In this document: positions 1-50,241 of the stretch, in pieces
How the letters are laid out: the number at the start of each line of letters is the position of its first letter
Numbering within the stretch: the first letter of the stretch is position 1
Assembly (NCBI GenBank): GCA_002633005.1
Contig: NMRA01000189.1
Coordinates: forward strand, 421,168-485,167
Reading direction: 5' to 3'
DNA length: 64,000 nucleotides
Source of the DNA: Phoronis australis
Lineage: Eukaryota > Animalia > Phoronida
Made by a program: the position numbers and the translations under genes
Notes under the pieces: generated by a model
The model's input: the letters and a program-made list of their open reading frames with translations, nothing else
What the model was told of the DNA's origin: nothing
Database searches by the model: none

Positions 1-209
1 TTCTTTGTTTTATGTAACTTCAATCCTCAGAGCTAGTAACCTCACAAATAACATGAAATGCACCATCAAATAAATTTTGAGGGAAGGCTTGAGTTTATGG
101 CAACTTTGAGTGTTACCTGGAATATAGGTACAGATAGTCAAACTGAAATTTAATATGCAAAGATAGCAAACCTGAACAGAAACAAAACAGATTTAATACG
201 TAAAGTTAC

Positions 210-2345
210 CTGAATACTGAATCTCGTTGCTTTCAAGTAAGGAAGAGTTATGTTCTTGTAGTCATCCGCAGTTTCTTCAACAAGGAACATATCTTGGGAA
301 GTATATTTCTGTATGTGTTTCTCAGTAGCAGGATATATCAGGGATACCTTTAAACCTGACAAAATAGATCACAACATTAAACTATCAAACTCAACCACAA
401 AATAGTTAGTATATAATCAACAAATTTGGTTCTTACATACTGTTTGGTGTATATAGGAGTTCACCACTGGCATGCATGCAGGTTGCAATTTGAACACATG
501 AGTTATTTTAGGTAAACAGTAGATTGGCCGTAGTAAATAAATGCAATATCTGAAAGAAGTCAGTTAAACGTTATGTCCTTCATTTTGCAATGAAGTTGTG
601 AAACAGAAAGCATCAAATACTGTTAATTGCTTTGCAAAACCAGTCCCTTCCACCTGACATGTTTACAATAGTGTCTAGTTTTAAATGTCAATGGCTAATC
701 TACAAGAAGACACATTTTCCCACCAAAACTTGTCCTTAATACGATTGGCATGAATGTTGCTGACTAGCAAGTTGACAATTATAATGTCAAACCAAGTGTG
801 AGTGCCAATTTAATATTAGTCTCAAATGATTGCCCTCTCCAAAGCAGTATGAAACCTATAGATTAATGAAAGTTCTGGTAGACAGACAGAATTCTTTTTC
901 GCAGAGATGAAAATTGACGAACCTGATTCTGTCAGTAGCATCCATTCTCAAACTAATGTTGCACGGAGTTGGGGCATGTGACGTGAGAGTCGGTGGCTCC
1001 GATTGGTTGACTTTAAATCAATAACAGTTGCAGGCAGTCTGGTACAGGTTGTACCAGACGTGCGAAGGCCGCTCAGGTGGGACCATTGCACTGATCTCCT
1101 GGAACTATTTTTTTTCCTTACATATAGTTAAAACCAAGCTGAGGAGCTAGAGGCCTGACTCAAGGGTCTAGCAGTTTGCTACAGTGGGAAACCACGACCT
1201 TGAGTAAATGAAGTGGACACACTGCCTCCTCGATTGGTTAAATAGGTCTTAGTATGCAACTGTATGAGGAGTCCAGTTGGAATTGTTCTGAGTCCAATTT
1301 ATAAAACGATTATCAGCCTTTCTGATATGAACAGACTCTCTAATTCATCTGGTAAGTCTATCTGAAGCTCTGTCCAAGATGGAGACATATTCCCAGTCAA
1401 TAACATTTGACAAACTTTAATGACATGGTCAGTAATTGCTGATTTGTGAATGGTGCAATGAGAAGTTCTCTTCGGACTACGGCTGAAATAACTAAAGCTC
1501 TGCAAGTCCAATTCTGTCCAGAAATGCATGTACCAGATTTCGGTCGGTTTCTCCGAAGTACGCAATTGACAGCTACGGCAAGGAAAGTTATACCAAGCTC
1601 AATCAGTTATAGGTGTCTATCTGGTCCTTAGGGTGGACCAACTTAAGTTGAGGAGAGGTTTATAGGTGTCTATCTTGTCCTTAGGGTGGATCAACTGGTT
1701 GAGGAGAGATTTAACTGGACTGGCTGCGATGGAAACAAACTTACCAGATGGACATGAGTGTCTGTTCACACCAAGAAGGTCGGTAATCATTGTATGAATA
1801 CTAGTTGGGACTTAGGACAGTTCCACCTGGACACCTCTTATATTGAAATCAAGTCGACCAATTACAGTTACCCAACCTCATCCAAGTCACATGCAACCAA
1901 CCTAACGCAACATTAGTTTAAGAACGTTCATACATTCATACATATGGTGTTTCAAATTTGAACAATGGGCAGCAAATCTTACTAGGAGCCATTTTCATGT
2001 TTTACCATTTGTTTGCGCCGGTGGAAATGCTTCGTATGATCCATAGATATCATTTTGTAAAATATTACAAAGTGAAGTTTCACTAGACAGCATCTCAGAA
2101 AGAGTTTTCCCGGTTGTTGGAAATGGTTTCTTTTCCAGAATGACAACCGCTTGATCTTCTTTATCGCGGAACTTTCCTTGAATGAAAACACACTTGTTTT
2201 TCACCTGATCTTGAAGAATTTTAGTTACTTCGAATCCTTCGAATGTAGATTTTATCGCAAATCCATTTTTAGTGGAATCGGAGCTGGAAAGCTTAGGTTT
2301 TTTGGCAGCAATTTCTTCAGCATCACCGGCTTCGCGCGAACTCAT
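210..2345 (-). CDS. DCPS: m7GpppX diphosphatase (scavenger decapping enzyme), 5' part; exons 2006-2345 and 210-355, remainder outside window
   Basis: Translation has VILEKKPF...LQNDIYGSY and (G)LKVSLIYPATEKHIQKY...FLVEET.DDY..ITLPYL...FSIQ, typical of the DcpS N-terminal domain. GT/AG sites join in phase (AAT G|gt at 2005; ag|GT at 355; CAG|gt at 209). Confidence 0.93.
1133..1230 (-). mobile_element. degenerate tRNA-derived SINE copy
   Basis: Shares accaagctgaggagctagag..ctgact..agggtctagcagt...ctgcctcct with 15522-15642. Confidence 0.65.
1240..1480 (-). mobile_element. Penelope-like element remnant (C-terminal GIY-YIG region), disrupted
   Basis: Minus strand reads HKSAITDHV / (frameshift) VIDWEYVSILDRASDRLTR*IRESVHIRK, which matches the PLE endonuclease C-terminal pattern SAxxxH...IDW...ILD.E...R.I.E.IHI. 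Confidence 0.7.
1607..1712. repeat. ~53-bp direct tandem duplication
   Basis: ttataggtgtctatct(g/t)gtccttagggtgga(c/t)caact...gttgaggagag occurs twice. Confidence 0.85.
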
Positions 2346-2500
2346 TTTGCTAGTGACCTAATTTCGTGACCTAAATGCCAACATTTTTAACTCACGAAGT
2401 GGGAGAACTGTCGGTGAAGAGAGAGAGGGAAGAGACACCCTGTCCCTGGATAATTATTTTTGTCTTTGCTGCAGTGTTTCAGCTCTGTGTGGTGCTAGGT
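2346..2500. promoter_or_regulatory. probable bidirectional promoter between DCPS and the zinc-finger gene
   Basis: Head-to-head arrangement. The ZNF coding exon at 3766 starts with a splice acceptor, so a non-coding first exon must lie upstream. Position is inferred. Confidence 0.4.
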
Positions 2501-2657
2501 GATTTTCAGCAATGCCTGTACACTAGTGGGATATGATGGACTATCATTAATTTGATTTAGAGAACCAGACATCGTGATATTTTCTTTATTATGGTATTAT
2601 GTTACTCCGCTGATTGAACGCTGTGGATTAATGTAATTGCTTAGCAGCTGAAATGAG

Positions 2658-2905
2658 CAGTGGCAGATCTACATTTTCAGTATGAGGTGGGGGTTAGGAT
2701 TCAAGCGAATCCAAGGCGCTTAGCACCGAGCAGAAGGAAGGTCGGTTGGAGTTTTCCCCCCTCTCGTGTAATATTCTTTTTGGCTTTTTGTTGCCGATTT
2801 TGTTTTTCTGGTGATCAATGTTTTTCAATTTTTGTTTTTGAAGGTGTCCCTGGGGGGGAGATGGTTTCAATCCCCTGAACCCCCCCCCATGTAGATCCGC
2901 CTCTG
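2658..2905. mobile_element. MITE, hAT-like termini, 5-bp TSD
   Basis: TIRs CAGTGGCAGATCTAC / GTAGATCCGCCTCTG flanked by ATGAG on both sides. An inverted homologue lies at 12098-12359. Confidence 0.8.
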
Positions 2906-3769
2906 ATGAGGCCTGTGTTATGAGATTGAACTCTGCATTCGAGGGAAAGAATGTTCGTTCTGAGTTGTTGCATTTGGATGTTGGTCAGCGAAGTATGATG
3001 TTGCGGTACTCGTCTTGTAGTTATTGCCCAGAAACAATGACCATTTTGCGTAATAAGTGTTGAAAATCATAATACAAGGAGTGTAATCCAATTTAGTTGT
3101 GAACTATTATCAAGTATTTAGTGAATATTTTCTAGAATTTCATTTGAATGTCATAGACAAAAGCTGAACTAAATACCTCATTTAGTTAATCATTACTTTA
3201 ATAAACATACAGTAATGCTCTAGAATTAGCAGCTCTCATGAGATTTACTTACCAGTATTTGTAATTGTACATATATGCACTTAAAGCATCTGCTAACCTA
3301 CTTTCTATCTTTAAAACAACTTTTTATTTTCTCTCTTTTTTGATGCGAAATTCATCTCAAGTTCCTTATTCAACAAAGACGTGATTTCAGGGATTTCTTA
3401 GCATGTCAACTTGTATGTCCCATGGTGTCGAAGGTCTTTGAAAGCCCTGAAATCACTGTTCATTGTAGTAAGGAACATGTTGAGACGGCATTTTTTGCAG
3501 TAAATGATCTAAATCAAAAGTTTGCTTTTTGAAAGGGCTCTGGATTATAACTGTGTGAATGTGCTTTACTAAAGCGTTCATAGTATTAGCACAACAAAAT
3601 CCTTGTTGATCCCTCCTCGAACCTCTCCAAGGCATTCATTGTAATTGCAGTTCTCTATAATAAAAAATTGTATGTATGGTATGGTTTGATATATGTGAAG
3701 TGAAACTTATATGAGCGAGGTTGTCGTAATGGTGTTTGGCTGTACTTAACTTACCTTTGTTGCAGAGAC

Positions 3770-6688
3770 ATGGACTCTCTTCCATCCGTAGAGGATGTGC
3801 AACTTCACCAGTTGAGTTCAGATGCAAACTGTTTAGATATTGGACATAATGAAACCAGCCTGTGCCAGGTACATACTCTACTCGGTATATAACATCAAGG
3901 TTTATTCAATTTTCATTGTCTTAAAGACACTCTCTCTACTTTGTTTTAATTTAAAAACATCGTGGTTAAAACAATTAATTCATTCAAAACATTAGGTAAG
4001 CCCAAGTAATGGTCATAAAACACCTCTCAAAGTATTTTCAAACTTAACTGAATTTAATATGAATTTTTTAGTTTAATTTTTATTTTTAGTGTTCCACTGT
4101 CACCTAAAATGGCTGCCACACCATTGCATTGTTATTCGTGCGACTGTGTTTGGAGGGACTCCTTCCGGTTCTGCCTTGTTGTATTGTCGACTGCGAATTA
4201 AACTCATTAAACTTACAACTCATTGTCAAGTTTATCTGGCGAAGTAGTCACAGTGAGTGACATCTGAGTCATGCATTATGGATACTTGGTCATCTGCTGC
4301 CACATGTAATGAGGCTGCCGCTGAAATCCCGCCCCTCTTTCAAAAAACAATTAAAAAGAAATTATAAAACAAGGCAAACAAAGCAACATCTGAAAGTTAC
4401 GGAATGTTTATATATGTTATTGATATCTTTCGACTGAAAAAACTCAATAGTGAATGTAAAGGAAATAGTGTCTTTAAACTATCACTGCATCTGGATGTGG
4501 AATTGTTATATGAGAAGGCTGGTCCTACCAATGATTAGTCAGAATAACTTAAATGTGCATAATATCCAGGCCAATCTCTTGTGATCACGTGGGGAGAAAA
4601 GAGCGTTACCACAACTAATGGGTATTGGCAGATTTGTGGGAGGATAATACCAGAGTTTTCTGCCGACCCGGGCATAATTTAGGATTTTTTTCCCAGATAT
4701 ACACAAGCATTTGATATTTGAAAAATTCTCGCTTTTTAAGGTGCATTTTTTGGAAAAAAACGGGTTTTTGTGCTCTCCTAAAGAAGAAGTAATGCTGTAT
4801 GCTGCCTCTTAAACTAATAACGAGATCCGACTCGGAAGGTTAACAAGGTCATATTCATTAACATACTGAATGAAGTGAGGTATGAGACAAAAGTTTTACT
4901 GTGGGAATATTTTTCATAGTACTCTTCTCTTACAAATATATGCCTGCCTGTGTATTTGTATTTTGGTCACTGATATTTTCTGAATGTTCATGACGCAGAC
5001 AGCTTGTCCGCAGAAAACTCTTGTTTGTTTTTGGTATTTTCTTTGACTGTAAAAAATATTTTCGTTTTAAGTGCCCCCAAGTCACTTTGAGTTGATGTGT
5101 TCATAAAATAGTAAATTGATGATATTATGTTTTGATAAATGGTAACTTTTCCTTCTGAGATAATGTTATTTAGGACCATAGAAAAGTGTCCAAATGTTCC
5201 CATTGCCATATGTTAGAAATGCCTGATCAAAATTCTTATGGATTTTCAGACACTATGATTTATGCACTGTTTGTTCTCCAAAACACTTTTAAGAATTTTT
5301 TAGAATTTTTCATTTTTACATGACTGTCTATCAAAAATAAGACTTATGATTGTTGTGAAAAATCAAACTTGCATCAAATGAAATGAAATTTTTTAGAAAA
5401 TCATTGTTTTTAGATTTCATCTTGAACATTTAAATATTGAATGAAATTTGATTGCATAATATCAATAATGTTGTTTTGCTGTGGCTATCCCTTTCTGCTT
5501 TCCATATTGTACTAAAAAGGTGATGATCACATGACTCGAGTAAAGACAGATTAGTAAAAAGTTAACAATCAAAATCTACAGGCTTTCTACTCACAGAAAA
5601 CACAAAATTCTTTTACAGTGTGAATTTCTACATTTTTCTAGATATTTGTTTAATTACAAGACTTGTTGATAAGGTCTTACATACATTATCTTAAAAAAAT
5701 GAAGTGCAAACTAGTCAAATTTCAAATATGTCTTTTTGTGTAGTGACCCGATGTAGTGGATACTTAGAACATGGGTTTCAAGTTGCACTGAATACATATT
5801 TCTGGAAAAAATTAAATCAGTTTGTTTGGCCTTCAGATGCTTGGTGAAGATGGGCTAGGAGCTGAAATGCTTGGTGGTATCGGACTGCACCTGGAATGTG
5901 ACGATGACCTCGTTTACAAAGTGCCCGTTTCCCCCACACTATCCCAGAAAAACGTGCGTGTACGGATATCATTTCCTTCAGCCAAGACAACCGAGGATCG
6001 GGCGGAGTCGCCGTGTTGGAAATGTGAGCAGTGCAACACGCAGTTTAAGCGAGAAACAATGCTCAAGGACCATATGGCCAGAATTCACGGTGTGAACAAT
6101 CTGTATCAGTGCGGTGTGTGTCAATATTCTGGAAATATCCATCGTCACTTGTATCATCATATGAGAAGTGTGCATAATATCAGCATATCAACTGTTGAGA
6201 AAGTGCAGCATGACTTTTCCGGTGTCAAAAAACACTTCAATGGTAGACAAATCAAGAAAGCTGACCGAGAAATTCAGGTCATGGAATCAAAGCCGCCTGT
6301 GCAGTCTATCAATAAGAAAGATGAACTTAATGTTTGTGAGAGTTGTGGCAAGTCATTTGCTTGTTCAAAGTACCTTAAGGAACACCAAAAGAGGCTTCAT
6401 AATGTTAATCGAAGGAATTACCAGTGTGACATTTGTGATAAAATGTTTAAAAAGGCTTCGTGGTTCCGAGTCCACCTTCAAATTCACAGTGGCAATTTGA
6501 ACAATTACTGTAGCATTTGTGACAAGAAGTTTGCCTCAATAGATTCTCTAAAAGCACACAGCAAAGTTCATCTCTTGGAAAGAAATTTTATTTGTGAATA
6601 CTGTAGCAAATCGTATAAAAAGAAAAATGGACTCCGTGAACATTATGCTAAGAAACATGCCCACTTGGGTACAATAAACAATCGGTGA
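3770..6688 (+). CDS. C2H2 zinc-finger protein (~316 aa); coding exons 3770-3868 and 5837-6688
   Basis: Six C2H2 fingers in a 2+4 arrangement (e.g. CEQC..HMARIH, CDIC..HLQIH, CEYC..HYAKKH). An upstream 33-codon exon MDSLPSVEDVQ...LCQ|gt joins in phase 0 to cttcag|ATG CTT GGT. Confidence 0.82.
3925..4473. mobile_element. MITE with TTAA target duplication (Kolobok/piggyBac-type target)
   Basis: TTAA|AGACACT ... AGTGTCT|TTAA. Confidence 0.6.
5130..5690. repeat. dispersed AT-rich repeat with an inverted relative at ~27010-27530
   Basis: gataaggtcttacat (~5668) is the reverse complement of atgtaagaccttatc (~27015), with further patchy inverse similarity. Confidence 0.45.
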
Positions 6689-7741
6689 AGATTTTCGTTT
6701 TTATGTTCTCTTCTGAAACTCAAGTAAGCCCATCTGCTGTCGAACTCTCCACTTCTCAGTGGAGGTATGAAATGCATTGCATGACCTACTTTTCAAACTG
6801 TCAAACACTCCTGAGTTGATTAGCGAAGGAAGCACTTCCAAGTTCCAGTACTGACATTTGTACTTTTTGACAATGTTTTGATGTTGGCATTGCAACTGAA
6901 CTGAAGATATAATAATACAAATTTCTTTGCATTGTAATGATGAAATACCTAACTAGGATGAGAAAGTGACCAACTGGTAGGCTTGTCTACATGTGAAAGA
7001 GCAGGACAAGTGCTTGGCAGTGTGTTGCATTGTGGGTAAATGCCTTAGAATGAGTGGTGGCACTCTACTTCAGGACAGGTCTATTCAACTCTATGTGCCA
7101 TGAACTTGATGTGAGTAGCCTAAATACCAATGTTAGATTTTGTGAAAGATTTTGGTCAATTCTGTATATTTGATATGATATCCATGATATTTTGAATCTG
7201 TGAATGTTTCATAATAATGAAATCAATCAAAAAGCGATTGTTCCTAGCAGAAGCGTGACTCAGTGAACAAATTCCAGACCAACATTTAAGCCCATAGGCG
7301 GATNTACGACTCCGTTTCCATCGTCTGCTTCACTGTGCAATGGAGAAATTACTTCATTTTTTAAAGAAAGTGGAATCTGAGTGAGTGAAGCTGCTCGTAA
7401 GATGTGAATTTTAATCGAACCCTCAGTGAATCACTCAGAAACTCATAATTCAGGCTCTTTGTCAAACCTTAAGACGATTTCCAAAGCAATCGCGTCATTA
7501 ATGCCAACACAAAATAACAGATTTGGTCTTTTGAGCAATTGAAGACTATTTTTTAAAAATACAATAAATTTGTTACGAACTGATAGCACAAAATATAAAA
7601 AGTGTAATAAAAATTACAAAAAGAAGAAGGTTTCGCCCGCAAACGCTGTGGACCATAAACAAGCAGATCTCTTAGTAACTAATTAGGAGTTAAATGGTGT
7701 AACTTAACTTTCATATTTAGCAGCTTAGCCCAGTCGATCAG

Positions 7742-10700
7742 GCTAGATACGATCTGATCGGAGATTAGAACAAAAGAGAACCGGCCCTCCAACCATACAT
7801 GCCAGAATGGAGTTAATCAGTCATGTAAGATATTGGCTACAGGGGTGATCTCAAAGTTCCCAACTTGTTTTTGGGCTATAGAATCGTACAAGTTGTGAGC
7901 AACGGGAAAACGCCGTAATGAACTGTCCCGCTTTTTGACACACGGGCCAAATTGACACACATTTTTTTAATTTCCCACGTGACATAGCCATATTTTCCCG
8001 CTCGACTAAAAAAGAAAATAACAGATGCTTCATGGGTGTTTGCGGCACTCGAATCGATTTCCCATTCAACTATAAAACAACAACAAACGGTGTCGGGCAT
8101 TTTTGTGTGTTCTACAAAACACGCAGTCTTTGTGTGTTGCAGCGAACATTTCATCCTTACGTTTTGGCTATAGTCCCCCGACTTATTTCAATGTTGTGCC
8201 CCTCGTGTCATCCTGAAGTCTCGCTTTTCGATGCAGTTGTTCCGGCGTACTTTCGTTCTTGAATGTTGACCGTGTCAGCTATGCAACAGGTGATGCGTTG
8301 TTTCTTTTTATATATATATTGTTATTTTTCAGAGTACACTTTCTTCAGAGTACCGTAACAATCTTAAAATGTGTTCCAATGTATGTTGTTTATCATGAAC
8401 AATCCGGCTTAAACATGTGGTCCAGTAACATACTACTACATGAATGAGGATCACTAATTTTTACGTTCTGAAGAAAAAGGGTTTACAGTATTTCTAGACT
8501 TACATGAAAAGTCTTACCCTGCAACCAGTGTGATGAGCTATCCAAAGTAAATTTCAAAGCTACGTGATCTGTTTGCCCACTTATACATATATCAGATAAC
8601 CTTTGTCTGCAAATTTCGGATAGATACTTGGACAAGTTTATCGCATTTTGTAAATGTTACTGCATTCTGAATTTTATTAAACAATTGTATCAAACGGCAC
8701 CAAAGGTCCATTTATTTATATAATTTTGGACGAGTGCCTGACTAAATTATCCACAGCAAGTGTGTGGGATCCATATTCGAAAACCCTAGGTAAAAATCCT
8801 GAATCGTTCAGTTGAAAGTCTTTCCCTAATGGCTAACTAGTCAAATATATAACCTCTCTGGTTCATTTCATTTTTTATATTACTATTACACGCTGTTGTT
8901 TTTCGCATTTTGGTAACACTCTTGGTTTTTGGAATTGAAAAATAGTTTGAACCAGTCAGGTATGCGAAGTGATAATTAATTACTTATGAATTAAATTATT
9001 TATCTTTAGCTTCTGGTATGATCATGAAGAACAGGCAAAGGGCTTTCTAGTGATATGGCTTTATGCACCCGGCGGTTGACGGCGGAGTTCATGTTGCGAA
9101 AAGTTTTAATGGCGATAACTTACATGTCAACTAATACAGAAATTACGTATTTGCTACGTATTTTGTCATTTCTGTAGTGCTACGCCGCCGGGCCAAAATG
9201 CTACTTATGTTCGACAAGGCCAAATGAGTTGCCAAGGAGTATACACTCAGAGCCACTCATAGAGTAGTTTAGGTACACCATGCAATGAATTTTGATACTG
9301 ATCCTTGACCATACTTTGACTCGTTTTCACCAGTTCCGTGTTTTTTAACAAAAATTGCTATGGTTAGAGCAAAAAATGGTTGACATGTATGCACTTAATT
9401 CCTTATCAAGCAGGCCCGTAGGAAGGTAAAAATTATTGGGGGGGCACCGACCCTGGTCGATACGTAACTTCTAATTTCGAAACCACTGCGTTGCACTGGG
9501 GTGTATATATCAACGCTGTAAAATGAACTACTGCAACCACTAGGTACGTTTTGAATTACATAAAAAAATATGTCTACTAATAATAAGGTGTGTAACAGAT
9601 GCTGTACTTTTAGAGTTAATTTTTTGTTAAGATTGACTGGAAATTTTTGGAGCAACATACATGCCGCTCATACGATTACTCTTGCTGAACAGTAAGAATG
9701 AAGGTGTGAAATAATTATAAATGTTTTTATTTACTCTTCAACATAAATCAGTGGACGTTGCCCTGCTCAGTGCACACAGGAACTCGGGCTGCAGCTAAGT
9801 CTAACGTGGTAAAAACCCCGAGTTGTGCCTTTCGCATTTCACTTCCTCGTACAAAATCGTTTGCCACATTCACCAAATTTAGCTTATCGCACATGTCTTT
9901 GTGAACATGGAGCAACATTAAATGGTTCAACCTCCCCTGTCCCACTGTGGAACGTAAATATGACTTAACACGCCTAAGAGCACTAAATGCTCGTTCGCTA
10001 CTGGCATTTGTTGCAGGCATCACTAACAGCAAGTTTGCTAGTTTAGTTACATTTTCGATCAAGTGTTTTTGACCGGCTGATAATTTCTGCAAATGATCCA
10101 CAACACGAGACAATGTTACCTCTTGACTACCATCCTGTGCATAATTGGCCCCAAACGTAGCCAGGTGACAGCGCAGTGTTGAATCAAAATCATCTTCATN
10201 GCTAGATATGATCTGATCGGAGATAAGAACTAAAGAGAACCGGCCCTCTAACCATAAATGCCAGAATGGAGTTAATCAGTCATGTAAGATATTGGCTACA
10301 GGGGTGATCTTCCCAACTTGTTTTTGGGCTATAGAATCGAACAAGTTGGGAGCATTGGGAAAACGCCGTAATGAACTGTCCCGCTTTTTGACACACGGGC
10401 CAAATTGACACACATTTTTTTAATTTCCCGCGTGACATAGCCATATTTTCCCCGCGCTCGACTAAAAAGAAAAATAACGGGATGTTTCATGGGTGCATGT
10501 TTGCGGCACTCGAATCGATTTCCCATTCATTTTTGTGTGTTCTACAAAACACGCAATCTTTTTGTGTTGCAGCGAACATTCATCCTTACGTTTTGGCTAT
10601 AGTCCCCCGACTTATTTCAATGCTGTGCCCCTCGTGTTATCCTAAGTCTCGCTTTTCGATGCAGTTGTTCCGGCGTACTTTTGCTCTTGAATGTTGACCG

Positions 10701-11781
10701 TGTCAGCTATGCAACAGGTGATGCGTTGTTTCCTTTTATGTATATTGTTATTTTTCAGAGTGCACTTTCTTCAGAGTACCATAACAATCTTGTGTTCCAA
10801 TGTATGTTGTTTATAACAATCCGGCTTAAACATGTGTTCCAGTAACATGCTGCTACATGAATGAGCATCACTAATTTTTACTTTCTGAAGAGAAAGGGTT
10901 TACAGTATTTTTAAACTTACATGAAAAGTCTTACCCTGCAACCAGTGTAAATTTCAAAGCTACGTGATCTGTTTGCCCACTTATACATATATCAGATAAC
11001 CTTTGTCTGCAAATTTCGGATAGATACTTGGACAAGTTTATCGCATTTTGTAAATGTTACTGCATTCTGAATTTTATTAAACAATTGTATCAAACGGCAC
11101 CAAAGGTCCATTTATTTATAATATAAAATTTTGGACGAGTGCCTAACTAAATTATCCACAGCAAGTGTGTGGGATCCATATTCGAAAACCCTAGGTAAAA
11201 ATCTTGAATCGTTCAGTTGAATATCTTTCCCTAATGGCTAACTAGTCAAATATATAACGTCTCTGGTTCATTTCATTTTTTATGTTACTATTACACGCTG
11301 TTGTTTTTCGCATTTTGGTAACACTCTTGGTTTTTGGAATTAAAAAATAGTTTGAACCAGTCAACTTATGAATTAAATTATTTATCTTTTGCTTCTGGTA
11401 TAATCATGAAGAACAGACAAAGGTCGGGCTTTCTAATGATATGCACCCGGTTAACGGCGGAGTTGCGAAAAGTTTTAATGGCGATAACTTACATGTCAAC
11501 TAATTACGTATTTGCTACGTATTTTGTCATTTCTGTAGTGCTACGCCGCCGCGCCAAAATGCTACTTATATTCGACAAGGCCAAATGAGTTGCCAAGGAG
11601 TATACACTCAGAACCACTCATATCATTATAAAGTAGTTACTTAGGTACACCATGCAATGAACTTTGATGCTGATCCTTGACCATACTTTGACTCGTTTTC
11701 ACCAGTTCCGTGGTTTTTAACAAAATTGTTATGGTTAGAGCAAAAAATGGTTGACATGTATGCAGTTAATTCCATATCAAG
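7742..11781. repeat. allelic/haplotype duplication across N at 10200 (7742-9410 ~ 10201-11781)
   Basis: Near-identical colinear sequence with small indels restarts right after the single N. Confidence 0.85.
9411..10199 (-). mobile_element. hAT DNA transposon, 3' end with C-terminal dimerization domain (ZMYM1-like clade); ORF 9748 to >10199
   Basis: LLVMPATNASSERAFSALRRVKSYLRSTVGQGRLNHLMLLHVHK is the hATC motif. The frame stays open up to the N. The terminus CAGGCCCGTAGGAAGG starts exactly where the second haplotype continues without insertion. Confidence 0.92.
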
Positions 11782-12097
11782 TACACACCAGGAAAAAGCG
11801 AATGCAAACCCTCAGGCCGGTGTGAGGCGCGGCAACCAAACTTAGTGATATCCGACACTGAATAGGCCACAACTGCATGAGAACTGAGTTCCATTCGATT
11901 CCAGGGCTAGAGTTCTATGTCAAGCTGATAAGAAGCTCGATCAGGCATTGGGCGGGATTTTCCGTGAGTCCGTGGGTGTGTATTTGGAGAATGAAAATTT
12001 TCAAGCCGTTTCAGTCACACCACTGAAATATTAAGCGCCCGTGTNTCAGTAAAAGTGTGATATTTAAATTTAAGTTAATTAATTAATTCATAGTTTG

Positions 12098-12359
12098 CAG
12101 AGGCGGATCGGGGGATTCAGGGGGTTCAACATCCCCCACTCGATCGGGACGTCATGACAGCCGGGATCAAAAATAAGAATTAAAAAAAAATGTCGCCAGC
12201 CTGAGAAAAACGAAATCAGCTACTAAAAACAAAAAAAATCTTACACGGGAGGAGGGAAACCCGGCTCTTCTGTCCGCTTCCCTGCGTTTGGCGCTACGCG
12301 CCTCGCCTATTCGCGCCAAACCTAACCCCCCCTTACTCAAACATATAGATCTGCCACCG
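12098..12359. mobile_element. MITE, same family as 2658-2905, opposite orientation
   Basis: CAGAGGCGGATC ... AGATCTGCCACCG termini; internal sequence is reverse-complement similar to 2658-2905. Confidence 0.75.
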
Positions 12360-12550
12360 TGGCCTGTGACTGTGGATTTGTCGACACTTCATTTTCATAA
12401 ATAATAAATGGGGTAACACAAACTGAACTGCGTGGCTGCCAGTGACTGCCCCCGGGCCTATAGGCAGTTCGCCGGGGTGCGAATGTCTCACGGGCAAAAT
12501 CCTGGGTAATACTCTGCCCTGACACTAGAAATTGTAACACCAAATAAACG

Positions 12551-12597
12551 CCCGTGTGCGTTTATTCGGCATAATTTTCCGAATAAACGCTCACGGG
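12551..12597. promoter_or_regulatory. 19-bp-arm palindrome in the WASHC4 promoter region
   Basis: cccgtgtgcgtttattcgg-cataatttt-ccgaataaacgctcacggg, about 125 bp upstream of the ATG. Confidence 0.55.
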
Positions 12598-12722
12598 TTT
12601 CAAATTAACGGGTGACCGTTCTTACGGCCCCGGCGGCATGATACCCACCGGTACCAGCGAAACAAGAACAGAAAAGCTCCCTCTCGTGGCATTATCTCAA
12701 ATCACGTGAACTGTGGGAGGAC

Positions 12723-50241
<37,519 letters not shown>

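Noticed and set aside
117-142. Possible DCPS micro-exon (ag...gt bounded, minus strand)
   Set aside because: It is 26 nt, would shift the frame, and does not encode the WVYNIL-type sequence expected next in DcpS.
2902-2950. CTGATGA hammerhead-like starts (also ~37549 and ~39949)
   Set aside because: No stem II followed by GAAA and a cleavage triplet.
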